Below are positions 51,000 through 62,278 of a stretch of DNA of 64,000 nt, in pieces. This stretch comes from Octopus sinensis (lineage: Eukaryota), in NCBI RefSeq assembly GCF_006345805.1, contig NC_043008.1:72912001-72976000 (forward strand), given 5' to 3'. Within the stretch, counting starts at the first letter, position 1. Each line of letters opens with the position of its first letter. Made by a program: the position numbers and the translations under genes. Below the pieces are notes generated by a model, which worked only from the letters and a program-made list of their open reading frames with translations, did not search any database and had not been told where the DNA came from.

Positions 51000-51106
51000 A
51001 TTTCTTACTGATGAATCTAAGGGCCTATGGTAGATTGGCTTGATTTAATTTAATCAGGTTAGTTTACCATTAAACAGTAGACGAAACGGTGCATCGTATA
51101 AGAAAT
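51000..51106 (+). ncRNA. Type I hammerhead ribozyme motif, copy 1 (predicted cleavage after 51098, GUA)
   Basis: Stem I ATTTCTTA (51000-07) / TAAGAAAT (51099-106) is a perfect 8 bp. CTGATGA lies at 51008-14, the extended stem II at 51015-82 and GAAA at 51083-86. Stem III is A-C-G-G/T-C-G-T with a TGCA loop. Confidence 0.88.
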
Positions 51107-51490
51107 TACAGGGTAAATGTTTTTTAATTTTCTCCTGGTTTACGGAATTGATGTTATTTTGCGGTTAAAGCTTTTGGCTGTTATTTCTAGTGGGTGAATA
51201 GCCTATTATGGCCGTTCCTTGATTGTGATGTTGAACTTAAAAATGGTCTATGACTATTTAATTTTTTCCCACTAGGCCGCTGGTGGCAAAAAAAATTCTA
51301 CAAAATTTTTTTGCCACCCTATATTGATTAATTATGAATTTTCTGGTTAATTCCGTAATGGAATCGGCGGCTTATATTTATTTGCTGCCGATAAATTTGG
51401 CGCGAGTGCGATGATTTGAAAATTTTAGGTCAGATATTGCCGAGGCAGGGACGGGAATGCCTCGTGAAAAATATCTGTTCCGACTTGGCT

Positions 51491-51597
51491 ATTTCTTACT
51501 GATGAATCTAAGGGCCTATGGTAGATTGGCTTGATTTAATTTAATCAGGTTAGTTTACCATTAAACAGTAGACGAAACGGTGCATCGTATAAGAAAT
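51491..51597 (+). ncRNA. Type I hammerhead ribozyme motif, copy 2 (predicted cleavage after 51589)
   Basis: Identical to copy 1 and offset by 491 bp: CTGATGA 51499-505, GAAA 51574-77. Confidence 0.88.
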
Positions 51598-51719
51598 TAC
51601 AGGGTAAATGTTTTTTAATTTTCTCCTGGTTTACGGAATTGATGTTATTTTGCGGTTAAAGCTTTTGGCTGTTATTTCTAGTGGGTGAATGGCCTATTAT
51701 GGCCGTTCCTTGATTGTGA

Positions 51720-51752
<33 letters not shown>

Positions 51753-51756
<4 letters not shown>

Positions 51757-52215
51757 GGGGTACCCAAAAGAAGCCAGAATTTTGCAATATCATTTTATTG
51801 ACTTAGTTTTACATTTTTACACTTTTATATCACCTTCAAAGTATTCTCCATTTGAAGCAATGCATCAACCCAGATACATTTTCTACTGTTCAAAGCACTC
51901 CTGGAACTCCTGTGAAGTGATGACTTTTAATGCCTCCATCGTTTTTGTCTTCACCTCTTCTGTCTGCAAAATGTTTTTCTTTAAGGGCTTTTTCATCTAA
52001 GGGAAACAAAAAAGTCCGGGTCAATTTCCAACACATTTTTCAGTTCACGATATGCATTCAGTCATGATTGCCTTTGATCTTCTGTAAGCAAGCGAGGCAC
52101 TAATTTAGCTACAACTCTTTTCATTTGCAAATCCTCACTCAAAATTCATTGGCAGGAAATTGAGGACCTAGCAGTCACATCAACCAGTTCGTCAGTTGTT
52201 CAGTGATGGTTCTCC
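51753..52215 (-). mobile_element. Deleted mariner fragment with one TIR
   Basis: TA|TGAGGGGGTACCCAAAAG terminus; the minus strand encodes a mariner-like C-terminus ending EYFEGDI. No second TIR was seen. Confidence 0.65.
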
Positions 52216-53049
52216 AAGAGTAGAAGAATAGAGAAGGGAGGGAGAGAAAAACAGAAAGGATGTAGAACAAGAGAGGGAGAGAGATAGACAGAGAAGAGAT
52301 AGTAAAGAAGAAGAATGCGCATCATAATTATTAAGATAAAACTTACTTGGAAAAGGATGTGTGGCGTTCGATCATATAATAATATAAATAATATTTAAAT
52401 ATATGCATATATTCATACATATATGTACATACCTACATACATATGTATATATACATGCATATATGGGTACAGGACATCAAAAAATGTTATTATATATATA
52501 TATATATATATATAGTTGGAGTTTATAAAAAAACAATAAAAAGACGAAGATGGGTGTGTAAACAACAAACAGATGTATTAGTTTAACGGTCATAAGAATA
52601 TTTTTATTAATTTCGAGACAATGTGAGATAATTCTGTTTTGGAATGGTAGATCTTGAAGCAAATAAATTCTTCAACTTTTTCTATCAAGAGTCAGTGAGT
52701 GGCAACATTTCACCAATGATTTCCTGGGGAAGGATTCCTAACCCTGAAATATTGAAATACCTGGTAAGACTATCAACCTGTTTTATTTTTATAAATTGAT
52801 TATTTTGGCTTTTAAAAATTATCGGTATAAATGCACGCACACAAATATTTACACACATATACACTCACACCCATATGCATACATTTTTGTAATTGCAAAC
52901 TCATGCTAACAAATAGTAATAGAAAACAAGAATGATGCAACAGATGAGACAACATTGATTAAAAAAGTTCTTGGTAATCCACATCATTAAAGGTACTGAA
53001 ATTTAATAGTTGAAAATATAAGATTATTTTGGGAAAATATTTCTTTAGC

Positions 53050-53320
53050 TCCAGATGGTAACTAATAACTACATCTTGGCCCTGCTTCACTAAAATAGTG
53101 CTCAATGGCCATAATCATGTATCGGATTCCTTATCAGGTTATAGGACTTTGAGCAGCTTATTTTAGCTAAGCATGCAACAGTAATCCGAATTTGAATTTT
53201 GTCCAATAAAGCATAGATTTTGACTTCTTATCAGCCAAGTCCAATAGACTCACATTTAGAACAGCTCAAATATTGGAAGACACAAGTTTTAGTTCCACCA
53301 CATTAATCTCTTCATCAATA
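53050..53320 (-). pseudogene. Possible ancient hAT transposase C-terminal (dimerization) remnant
   Basis: One frame with several stops reads ...DKKSKSMLYWTK...MAIEHYFSEAG, resembling the hAT 'L.WWK...SER.FS.AG' pattern. Confidence 0.4.
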
Positions 53321-56300
53321 TAATGGATTTTCCAGAGTATTTATAAATGAGATAGCTTCCTTATTTTTTGCTTGTTTTGTTTTTTCTTAATGTATTCTTT
53401 TTTTTTTTTTTGCTTATTTGTCTTTTAAATACACAAATGCTGAATAATGACTATTACCGTTTTGTTTTGTTAAAAAATAATAGAAACAAACAAAAAAAAG
53501 TTATTGAAGTAACATTATAGACTAGGACAGTGCAGAACTTATGATATTCAATATAAAAATAATGAGTTCAAATCATGTCAAAAGAAACACTTCTTCACAC
53601 ATTATTCTTTACTGTGTTGTTCTTTTGTTACCATATTTCTGTTGAAACATTGTCTTTATTCTAAATAATTTTGAAAATGAAGTAAAATGTAGGAAAAATA
53701 AATATCAGTCATTATTGAAGTTGGTATTTGGGACATAAATTAAAATGGTATTTTGATGGAAGGTTTTAATTATTTCAGTCACTTAAGACAGGAAGTTGGT
53801 TTCATGGTGGGGTGAGATGTTCTCAGGCAAAATATGCTAAAAAGTGTTCTTATGACAGTAAATAATTTATGATAAAAATTTCTTCACAGCAAAACTGAAG
53901 TCTACACAATAGAACTGTAGTAAGTCATGCTCTACTTGGTGCCATAGAAAGTCAACCAGCCATTGAAAATAAAATTCTTTCTGACAAAATATTATATTTT
54001 ATATTTATTTCAATTACTGACAGGAGTAATTTTTCTGGGCAAAATTTTCTTTGTGGTATACCCAAAGATTTTAGCTGTTACTGTCTTTGTAAATTCATTA
54101 AATGTATCAATTAAATTTACTTGATATACAAAGCCTTCATTAATGTTATGTTTATTATACAGCCTCACCATAATTAGCAAAACAGGTATTAACTGGATGT
54201 TACTATTTCTGGCTAATCATATCTTCATCAGCAATCAATATTTATTAGCCCTATATTTATGGATAGATCAATGATAAGGATTCATTTGTGTAATCCTTTG
54301 GATTACCTAGTTATGTAATTAGCATGAAGTGGCCGAGTATAGCAATGACAGACGCATTCAATGTAATTTTCTGGCAGAATCAGCATGATCTAGCATGTGA
54401 CAAGACAGCACAATGCAATCCGTCCAGCAGGCTTCTATACAGTTTCCATCTACGTAACTTTGATCACAAAGAATGGGTCAACATGTAGCTATAGAAAATG
54501 ATATTTGTCTGAGATGCCACACAAAAAGATCGAAATTGAGACCATGTGAAGGCAAAGCAAATTTTTTAACTGTGCCTATTTGTAACACTAATAGTACAAA
54601 CATATTTTGTAAATTACCACCAGGTTACCATGGTGACTTTGTAGAAGAAACATCTTCACAGGTTTTGATGATCAATACACAGGAGCAGGTTCTGTTTGTG
54701 CTCTCCAGGTACACAGGAGGATCTAAATTCAGAACCACAAACTACTAAACCCACATTAATTATACAATGAAGAAAAGTACCTAGCTCATAGAGCTAGGTT
54801 GACTGGACACTATACAAATGCTTCAATATAAACCATTAATGCTTCAGTTGGTATTCCAGCATCCTACCACTTCAGCTGTGTCATACTACAAACATAAAGT
54901 CAACAACACTGAGAAAATTAAAGTTACATTAATGTGTGTGTTTGTGTGTGTGTGTGTGAGAGAGAGAGAGAGTATGAGTGTGTGTGGGTTTGAGTTGATA
55001 TCAATATCTAAACTAGTTATGTATATTCTGACACTAATAACAAGAGCCATGCATACACTTATAAATAATATACACCTCCTGTATTCATCAACAGAGGCAG
55101 GAAAATGGACACATTTCATATAATGGCAAGAACAGAATCTATGTTTAGATAACTGTAATGTGGTAAACTCTAATAAATGACACAGGTGTATTTTGGTAAA
55201 TGGAATCGCTATCTTATTAATCTATTAGTAAAGTATTTATGACATTCCAAATAAAATTGAGAAAGGAAGCTTTCATTTCTTTGTAATGTGAGAGCAAAAG
55301 AACCATTTAATCTGTCAACATTGGGTATATTCTATACAGCTAACCCCTTTACCATTGCATTCATCGTGCTTTACCAATTATCTACAAGCAATGTCATGAT
55401 CAGTTAAGTGTGATAAAGCAGAACTTTGAAGATATCCCAAGTGAACAGATTTGGAAAGTATGGAACATGAAATATTGCTCAAACAACAGACTATTCAGCT
55501 ACTGCAATGTTGATTCAGTCAAATGCTATCCTACACAGCTTTCCATGTATAAACTAGAAATTTACATGGAAATATTATGTGCAACAAGTCTTGAGAGACT
55601 TCTTTTCCAAAACGGCTTCTACTCTGCTATTCTTACAACAAAGTACTTTCCATTTCCATTTACAACATTGTTTTCATAGGTTCGAGTCTTTTACACAGTT
55701 TTCTCCCTAATGTTTTCAAATGGGTATTTTGGCTGCTCAGGATTTGGCTGGTGTTTTGCAGACTGTTGTGAATGGTAACAGACAGGCAGCAGTATCCTGA
55801 CATTGTTATTCTTTCATACCAGATTATTTACATTATCCAAACCGCTGTAGGAATCAATACATAACAATATTGCCAATGTGATTAAAAAACACAGAACTAA
55901 ACAGCAGGTGCTAAATATTTAGTAGATTTCATGGTAGATAACTGGTAGTATATTCTACTGCAAAAGAACATACATATTTGGTTTATTTGGTTAGGTTTTG
56001 CTATATTTTATCTTGTGTGAGGGAGAGAGAGAGAATGTGTGTGTGTGGGGGGGTGTAAATTTAATCTAGTATTTCTGTAGCAATTATCAAAATACAGTCT
56101 TATGAAATGGGAAACTATTCTTGTCGTCACTGGATGATGGTGTACCATAAAAATATATAAACCCTTTGCTAAAAGTTCTGTGTTTGTACAGCTTTTATTA
56201 GTGTCTACGCCTCATAAATATCTTTCAGGTTTTTTTTATAAACTGTATAAGATATCTATGTAAAATAAATTAATTGTATTATAAGAATTATAAATGTATT

Positions 56301-56984
56301 TCTGAACCAAAGAATCTCATATGCAGAGTTTTGTTTTTGTTTTAAATTTGCAGTGTGAAATAGACTAGAAGTAGGTATACTTATATATGATTACCAATAC
56401 ATATCAACCAATACATATCTACCAATATATATCTACCTACATATGTCTACCAATCAAATTTAGCATGAAGTTTTGAAAATCTACAATGGAGATCCTCAAA
56501 ATGTTTCTTCATTGGTGAAGAATTTTAGCAAAAATGCTTTATGTTGAATGCCTGGTTATGAATGGCATACATTGATCAGCTAGTGAAGGACTATTCAGGT
56601 GCCCGATAATGAGAAAGGTGCCTGAAAATATGGTTAATGCTTATGACTTCCTTCCATGAGGACTACTGCCAAACAATCAGTCAGCACTCTAATATGACAG
56701 AATTAATTATGGTGTCTGACAGGAAAACCTCAACATGTATCACATTGTTATAAAGTTTTCCCTCCGACTTTTGACATTCAGTAATGATCATCCACCTTGA
56801 CATGTGCATGATTAGTTTTCTTATAAGGCTTCAATCACACATCACGATGCTGCTACTTTGGATAAACTTTATTATCAATAGCAAGGGACAAACTTTGTAG
56901 CAACAAAAAGCATGTTTAAGTTTTCTATGCACGCACACATCAGCTCACAGCCTCTCACTTCATAGCTATCTGTTTCATGTGCTG

Positions 56985-57190
56985 GTACAGACATGTCCTC
57001 CATCTTCTGCTGGATGATTCTATCAGGGCTTTACTCTCATTCAACACAGGCTGGAAGAGGCCTCATAGCAGATCCCATACCAAATAGCTGGACGTGATTG
57101 GGGATTGAGGCTCAACATCACCTTGGAGGATGCAAAAAGGCTGCCTCAGCTCTATCAAGCAAGAGCATGGAGCAAGCAAGGTTTCCTCTA
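56985..57190 (+). mobile_element. Old RTE-like RT C-terminal remnant
   Basis: RHVLHLLLDDSIRALLSFNTGWKRPHSRSHTK*LDVI resembles the 'GHV.R...GWKRPRGRP..W.D' pattern. Confidence 0.45.
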
Positions 57191-57291
57191 AGAATCTCCT
57201 AGCAGACTCCATACATGATTCTGATCATGTGAGAGAGTTGATGGATTATTCAATGATATTTTTTAAGGAGGAGTTCACAAATTTTCCCAAT

Positions 57292-57672
57292 AGGTACAGG
57301 CAAGGTTGTGTGGTTAAGAAACTTGCTTTTCAACTAGATGTTTTAGGGTTCACTCTCAGTGTCCGATATCTTGAGCAAGTATCTTCTATTAGAGCTCTGG
57401 GATGACCAATGTCTTGTGAGTGAATTTGGTAGATGAAAACTGTGTAGAAGCCTGTCATATATATGTGTGTTTGTCTTTATGTCTGTATTTGACCTCCAAA
57501 CCACAACTGGTGTTGGTTTGTTTCTGTCCTTACAGCTTAGCAGTTTGGCATAAAAAATTGATAGAATAAATGCCATATTTTAAAATAAGTACTAGGGTGG
57601 GCGTCAATTTGTTCAACTAAAAGCCTTCAGCATGCAGCATTGCTGCTGTCAAACGACTGAAACAAACAAAAG
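57292..57672 (+). mobile_element. Degenerate full tRNA/CORE-type SINE
   Basis: Colinear with the other copies. Confidence 0.8.
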
Positions 57673-59995
57673 ATCTTTTCTGTTGTTTTGTTATGTACTG
57701 ATCAACCTGAACAATTATCATCTTGAGCTGACACTCAACTATTCTTCAAACATGGTGACACATAAACCAGTGTTTGACCAACAGAATGTTTGCAAAAAAC
57801 CTAACTAAGCCTTTTGAAGATCTCATCTATAGATGTGCTGAGCTTTGTGTATAAAATTTGAGGCCAGCAAGTTGCTTATATCAATAATCATAAAAATCCA
57901 TTAAACTATTTTTTCACACCGCAACAAAAATTCAGTATTTGACCCTGGACTGATAGCATGAAGCTTATTTGGTAATTGACTCAGTAAGCAGTCATTATCA
58001 GTCACACATATATTTCTGTTAAGCAGTATAATCACTGTACATGCAGTTTGGAAACTTTCCACTAACACCTCATATTAGGTAGGCAACAAATCATTTAGAA
58101 AAGGTTGGTTCCAATTCTTAACAGTTATATGAAGTGGCTCCTGTAGAATTTAATGCCCACCCCAGCTTTGCGGTGCATGATGGGACTCATTGGTTATCTT
58201 GCTGGAACTTTCTCCAAGTTCATAACACTATTGTTCAGGATAGCATATAATTTTTATTACTAATTAGGACATAAGACATGAAATTTGAGAGAAAAGGGTT
58301 AATCAGTACATTCACTACAGTACTTGTCTGGTACTTTATATCATCAACCCCAGAGGGTTGACCCCTGCAGGATCCGAACTCAGAAAGTAAAGGACTTCAT
58401 ACGATAAGAAGGAAATATTATTACACAAATTAAAAAGATAGGTAGTCAGCTGATTTAATCCAAGATCAAAGGTTTCATACTACCACAGTATTGAATAACT
58501 AAACAGTTAACTATCAACATCAGGGACCACCTGGCTGTATATATGTACTATATAGTGACACAGTTCAAAATTGAAAGTGATGTGAATGAAGTGATAAAAG
58601 GGTTACCTGTAGTAGTTTCTCAGTAAGTTAGCATTCCCAGATGATGCTAGTACCTATTGCCAACAGCTAGATGACCCAAGGTGTGTAGAAGGAAGAATAA
58701 GGCTCAATGAAAATGTTTACAGTAACTTTGAACCATAATCTCAAGCTCATTTCATTTGTACTTGGATAAGAGAGCTTTCACTAATGAACTTGGTGGTAGA
58801 TTCAATCCAGTGCCCAATTTAAACCAGCACCTAGCTTTTGTGTACCATCAATGGCATTTGAATCAAGTTATTCATGCCAAGTCCCTTTTCCAAGTTATAG
58901 GATTTCTAAAAGGATTTTTTTCCCCTCCTCTTTAACAATTAAGAAGTAATTGTTAGATAAATGTTATTTTAAAATCTATCAACCCTGATGACACTTTAAA
59001 ACTCTCTTTGAGTAACACACAGATCTAGCGCCAGGAAATCTATCAAAATCTTGCTATTTAAGTTACTGATATGATTTCCAGGTGATAATGGACAATAAAA
59101 AGTTACAGTTTATTTAATCTGTCGTGCTAAAATGTATGAAGTCAGTCATGTCTTTTCAAACTATTATCCAGATACCCATGTCATTGTCCACTTTCTAACA
59201 CTGATATCTGTGAATATCTTCGCTAATTCTTTCATTGTTATATTTTACTATTGTTTTCTATGTCTACTGTGATTCCTATCATCATGTTATTAAGTTTTAT
59301 TATGCATTACCACTATTGCGTATTATTATAGTATGTAAATCAACATACACTAATATATATTATTATTGTTATATATATATATATTATTGTTATTTGATAT
59401 TATTACTCTATTTATTATTGTTATTGTGTGTTGTTATATCTTTGTGGTTTAGAAATGTATGAATCATTATTAGAATTTACCTATAAAGAAATTATTCTTT
59501 GTCAGAATACAATAACAATAAATTGTTTTGAATATATAATATTTTACCAAATTGAATAGCTTCTATGTTTAATCTTAAAGGTAATTTTGGTACAGACTTT
59601 GAAATATTTTTTCCTTGTGTTTCCTTTGCTGTCAATTATCACCAATACAGAGCTTATGTAATCATCTTGTTATGATCTTCAAACATGGCCGTTCTATTGG
59701 AGTTGCAAGAGAGATCCTGCAAAGCTAGATATTGCTTTTCTTCCAAATAATCTAATTAATGCAAGACAATTAGAAAAATCACATAAGCACAATAAAGAGA
59801 AGCAGTGATTAGAACAAAGCTGTATTTTATGTAATACTATATCCCACTCACATATTACTGTAGAGGGACTCTAAAAATGTTTACATATGCTCTAGGTTGT
59901 AAAAAAAATCTCACTCTCCATGGAATTAAGCTTTAATGGCAGCAAATATGATTGTTGCTATTTTTAGATCTGTTTTAAAACTTAACATAATTTAT

Positions 59996-60418
59996 AGGCA
60001 TAGGAGTGGCTGTGTGGTAAGTAGCTTGCTTACCAACCACATGGTTCCGGGTTCAGTCCCACTGCATGGCACCTTTGGCAAGTGTCTTCTACTATAGCCT
60101 CAGGCCAACCAAAGCCTTGTGAGTGGATTTGGTAGATGGAAACTGAAAGAAGCCCATTGTATATATGTATGTATATATATATGTGTGTGTATGTGTGTGT
60201 GTCTATGTTTGTGTGTCTGTGTTTTTCCCCCCAACATCGCTTGACAACTGATGCTAGTGTGTTTATGTCCCCATAACTTTGTGGTTCAGCAAAAGAGACC
60301 GATAGAATAAGTACTAGGCTTACAAAGAATAAGTCCTGGGGTCGATTTGCTCAACTAAAGGTGTGCTCCAGCATGACCACAGTCAAATGACTGAAACAAA
60401 TAAAAGAGTAAAAGAGTA
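59996..60418 (+). mobile_element. Full tRNA/CORE-type SINE (OR-like octopus SINE, tentative)
   Basis: tRNA-like head (GTGGCTGTGTGGTAAG...GGGTTCAGTCCC), GGCACCTTTGGCAAG core, central (TA/TG)n, body and an (AAAGAGT)n end. Confidence 0.9.
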
Positions 60419-61028
60419 TAATTCTTAATTACAGTCCTAAAATCCCTAGATCATCAATAGACCTGTTAATTTATGATTAATGTTGATGACAATTAACAAA
60501 CAATCACAGATCAAATATAGATTAAAATCAAAAGGGCAGCTAAGAAAATCATTAAAAGTGAGTTAAACAGAATGCTACTCGGGTACACAGTTGCTTCACC
60601 AATTCTGAGATAAGTCTCTTACAGCGATGGTGCAAAAATGTACCAATTTTAATGAATACAGAATACAGAATACAGAATACATAGGCATAAGAATGCTAAT
60701 GAATTAATGAAGCAGCCCATTTGGCAGATCCAGGGCACAGAAACTTAATTGCTTTTAATAAAATATTTATTACATGATATAGTGAGTATATTATAGAATG
60801 AACCAACAAAAATACAAGTACACACAATAATTTCACAACACATTACTGTTTCAGAAATTCCTTGAATAGTATTCCTTTTGAATTGAAATTATCTTTTTGT
60901 TATGCACACTAGACACCATTGTACTGTAATGTATTGTTGATATATACACTACATCTCACTGTACAGAGAATCAGTGTTTGGCATATGTACGTGTTTGGCA
61001 TATGCACGTGTTTGGCATATGCACTGCT

Positions 61029-61200
61029 AGGTGTAGGAGTGGCTATATGGTTGAGAAGTTTACTTCCCAACTATATAACTTGGATTCCTGTCCCATTGCA
61101 CAGTACCTTGGGCAAAGAACTTCCATTGTAGTCCTAAGGCAGCCAAAGTCTCATGAGTGGAATTGTAAGATGAAAACTGAAAAAAGTTCCTCATATATAT
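61029..61200 (+). mobile_element. SINE 5' half, abutting an inverted full copy
   Basis: Head and core up to the microsatellite. Confidence 0.8.
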
Positions 61201-61203
61201 ATA

Positions 61204-61626
61204 TACTCTTACTCTTTTACTCTTTAACTTGTTTCGGTCATTTGACTGTGGCCATGCGGGAGCACCAACCTTTAGTCGAGCAAATCGACCACAGGACTTA
61301 TTCTTTGTAAGCCTAGTACTTACTCTATCGGTCTCTTTTGCCAAACCACTAAGTTAAGGCGACGTAAACACACCAGCATCAGTTGTCAAGCGATGTTGGG
61401 GGGACAACCACAGATGCACAAACATATACACACACATATATATACATATATATACATATATACAACAGGCTTCTTTCAGTTTCCTTCTACCAAATCCCCT
61501 CACAAGGCTTTGGTCAACCCGAGGTTATAGTAGAAGACACTTGCCCAAGGTGCCACGCAGTAGGACTGAACCTGGAACCATGTGGTTGGTAAATAAGCTA
61601 CTTACCACACAGTCACTCCTATGCCT
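61204..61626 (-). mobile_element. Full tRNA/CORE-type SINE
   Basis: Reverse complement of 59996-60418. Confidence 0.9.
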
Positions 61627-61877
61627 ATATGTGCATGTGTGTTTATGTTTGTGTGCATGTGTATGCTTTTGTCTCATTATCCTGATGTCATCTGATAGTT
61701 CTAAATGAGTCATACAAACAGTGGCATTCATTTCATATATTTGAAGAAAATATGTCTGGGTATGGGAAAACATTTGCTAGTTCAGATACAAATGCAGGTT
61801 AATGACAGGAAGGGCATCAAGCTGTAGAAAAATCTGCTTCATTAAACTGTATCCCACCCACATAAGTATGGAAAAAT

Positions 61878-62278
61878 AGGCGTAGGAGTGGCTGCGTGGT
61901 GAGTAGCTTGCTTACCAACCACATGGTTCCAGGTTCAGTCCCACTGTGTGGCACCTTGGGCAAGTGTCTTCAACTATAGCCCCGGGCTGACCAAAGCCTT
62001 GTGAGTGGATTTAGTAGATGGAAACTGAAAGAAGCCCACTGTATATATGTATATATATGTGTGTGTGTGTGTTTGTATGTCTGTGTTTGTCCCCCCCCCA
62101 AACATCATTGACAACCAATGCTGGTGTGTTTACATCACCTTAACTTAGTGGTTTGGCAAAAGAGACCGATAGAGTAAGTACTAGGCTTACAAAGAATAAG
62201 TCCTGGGGTCGATTTGCTCGACTAAAGGTGGTGCTCCAGCATGGCCACAGTCAAATGACTGAAACAAGTAAAAGAGTA
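61878..62278 (+). mobile_element. Full tRNA/CORE-type SINE, preceded by an RTE tail piece (~61800-61870)
   Basis: Colinear with 59996-60418. Confidence 0.9.

Larger units (their letters stand above)
50626..51721 (+). repeat. Tandem array of a 491-bp non-coding unit (2.23 copies), retrozyme-like, inserted in (TA)n
   Basis: CTCCTGGTTTACGG occurs at 50641, 51132 and 51623. By eye the copies differ at one position (50709 G vs 51200 A). The ORF track shows no ORF inside. Confidence 0.95.
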
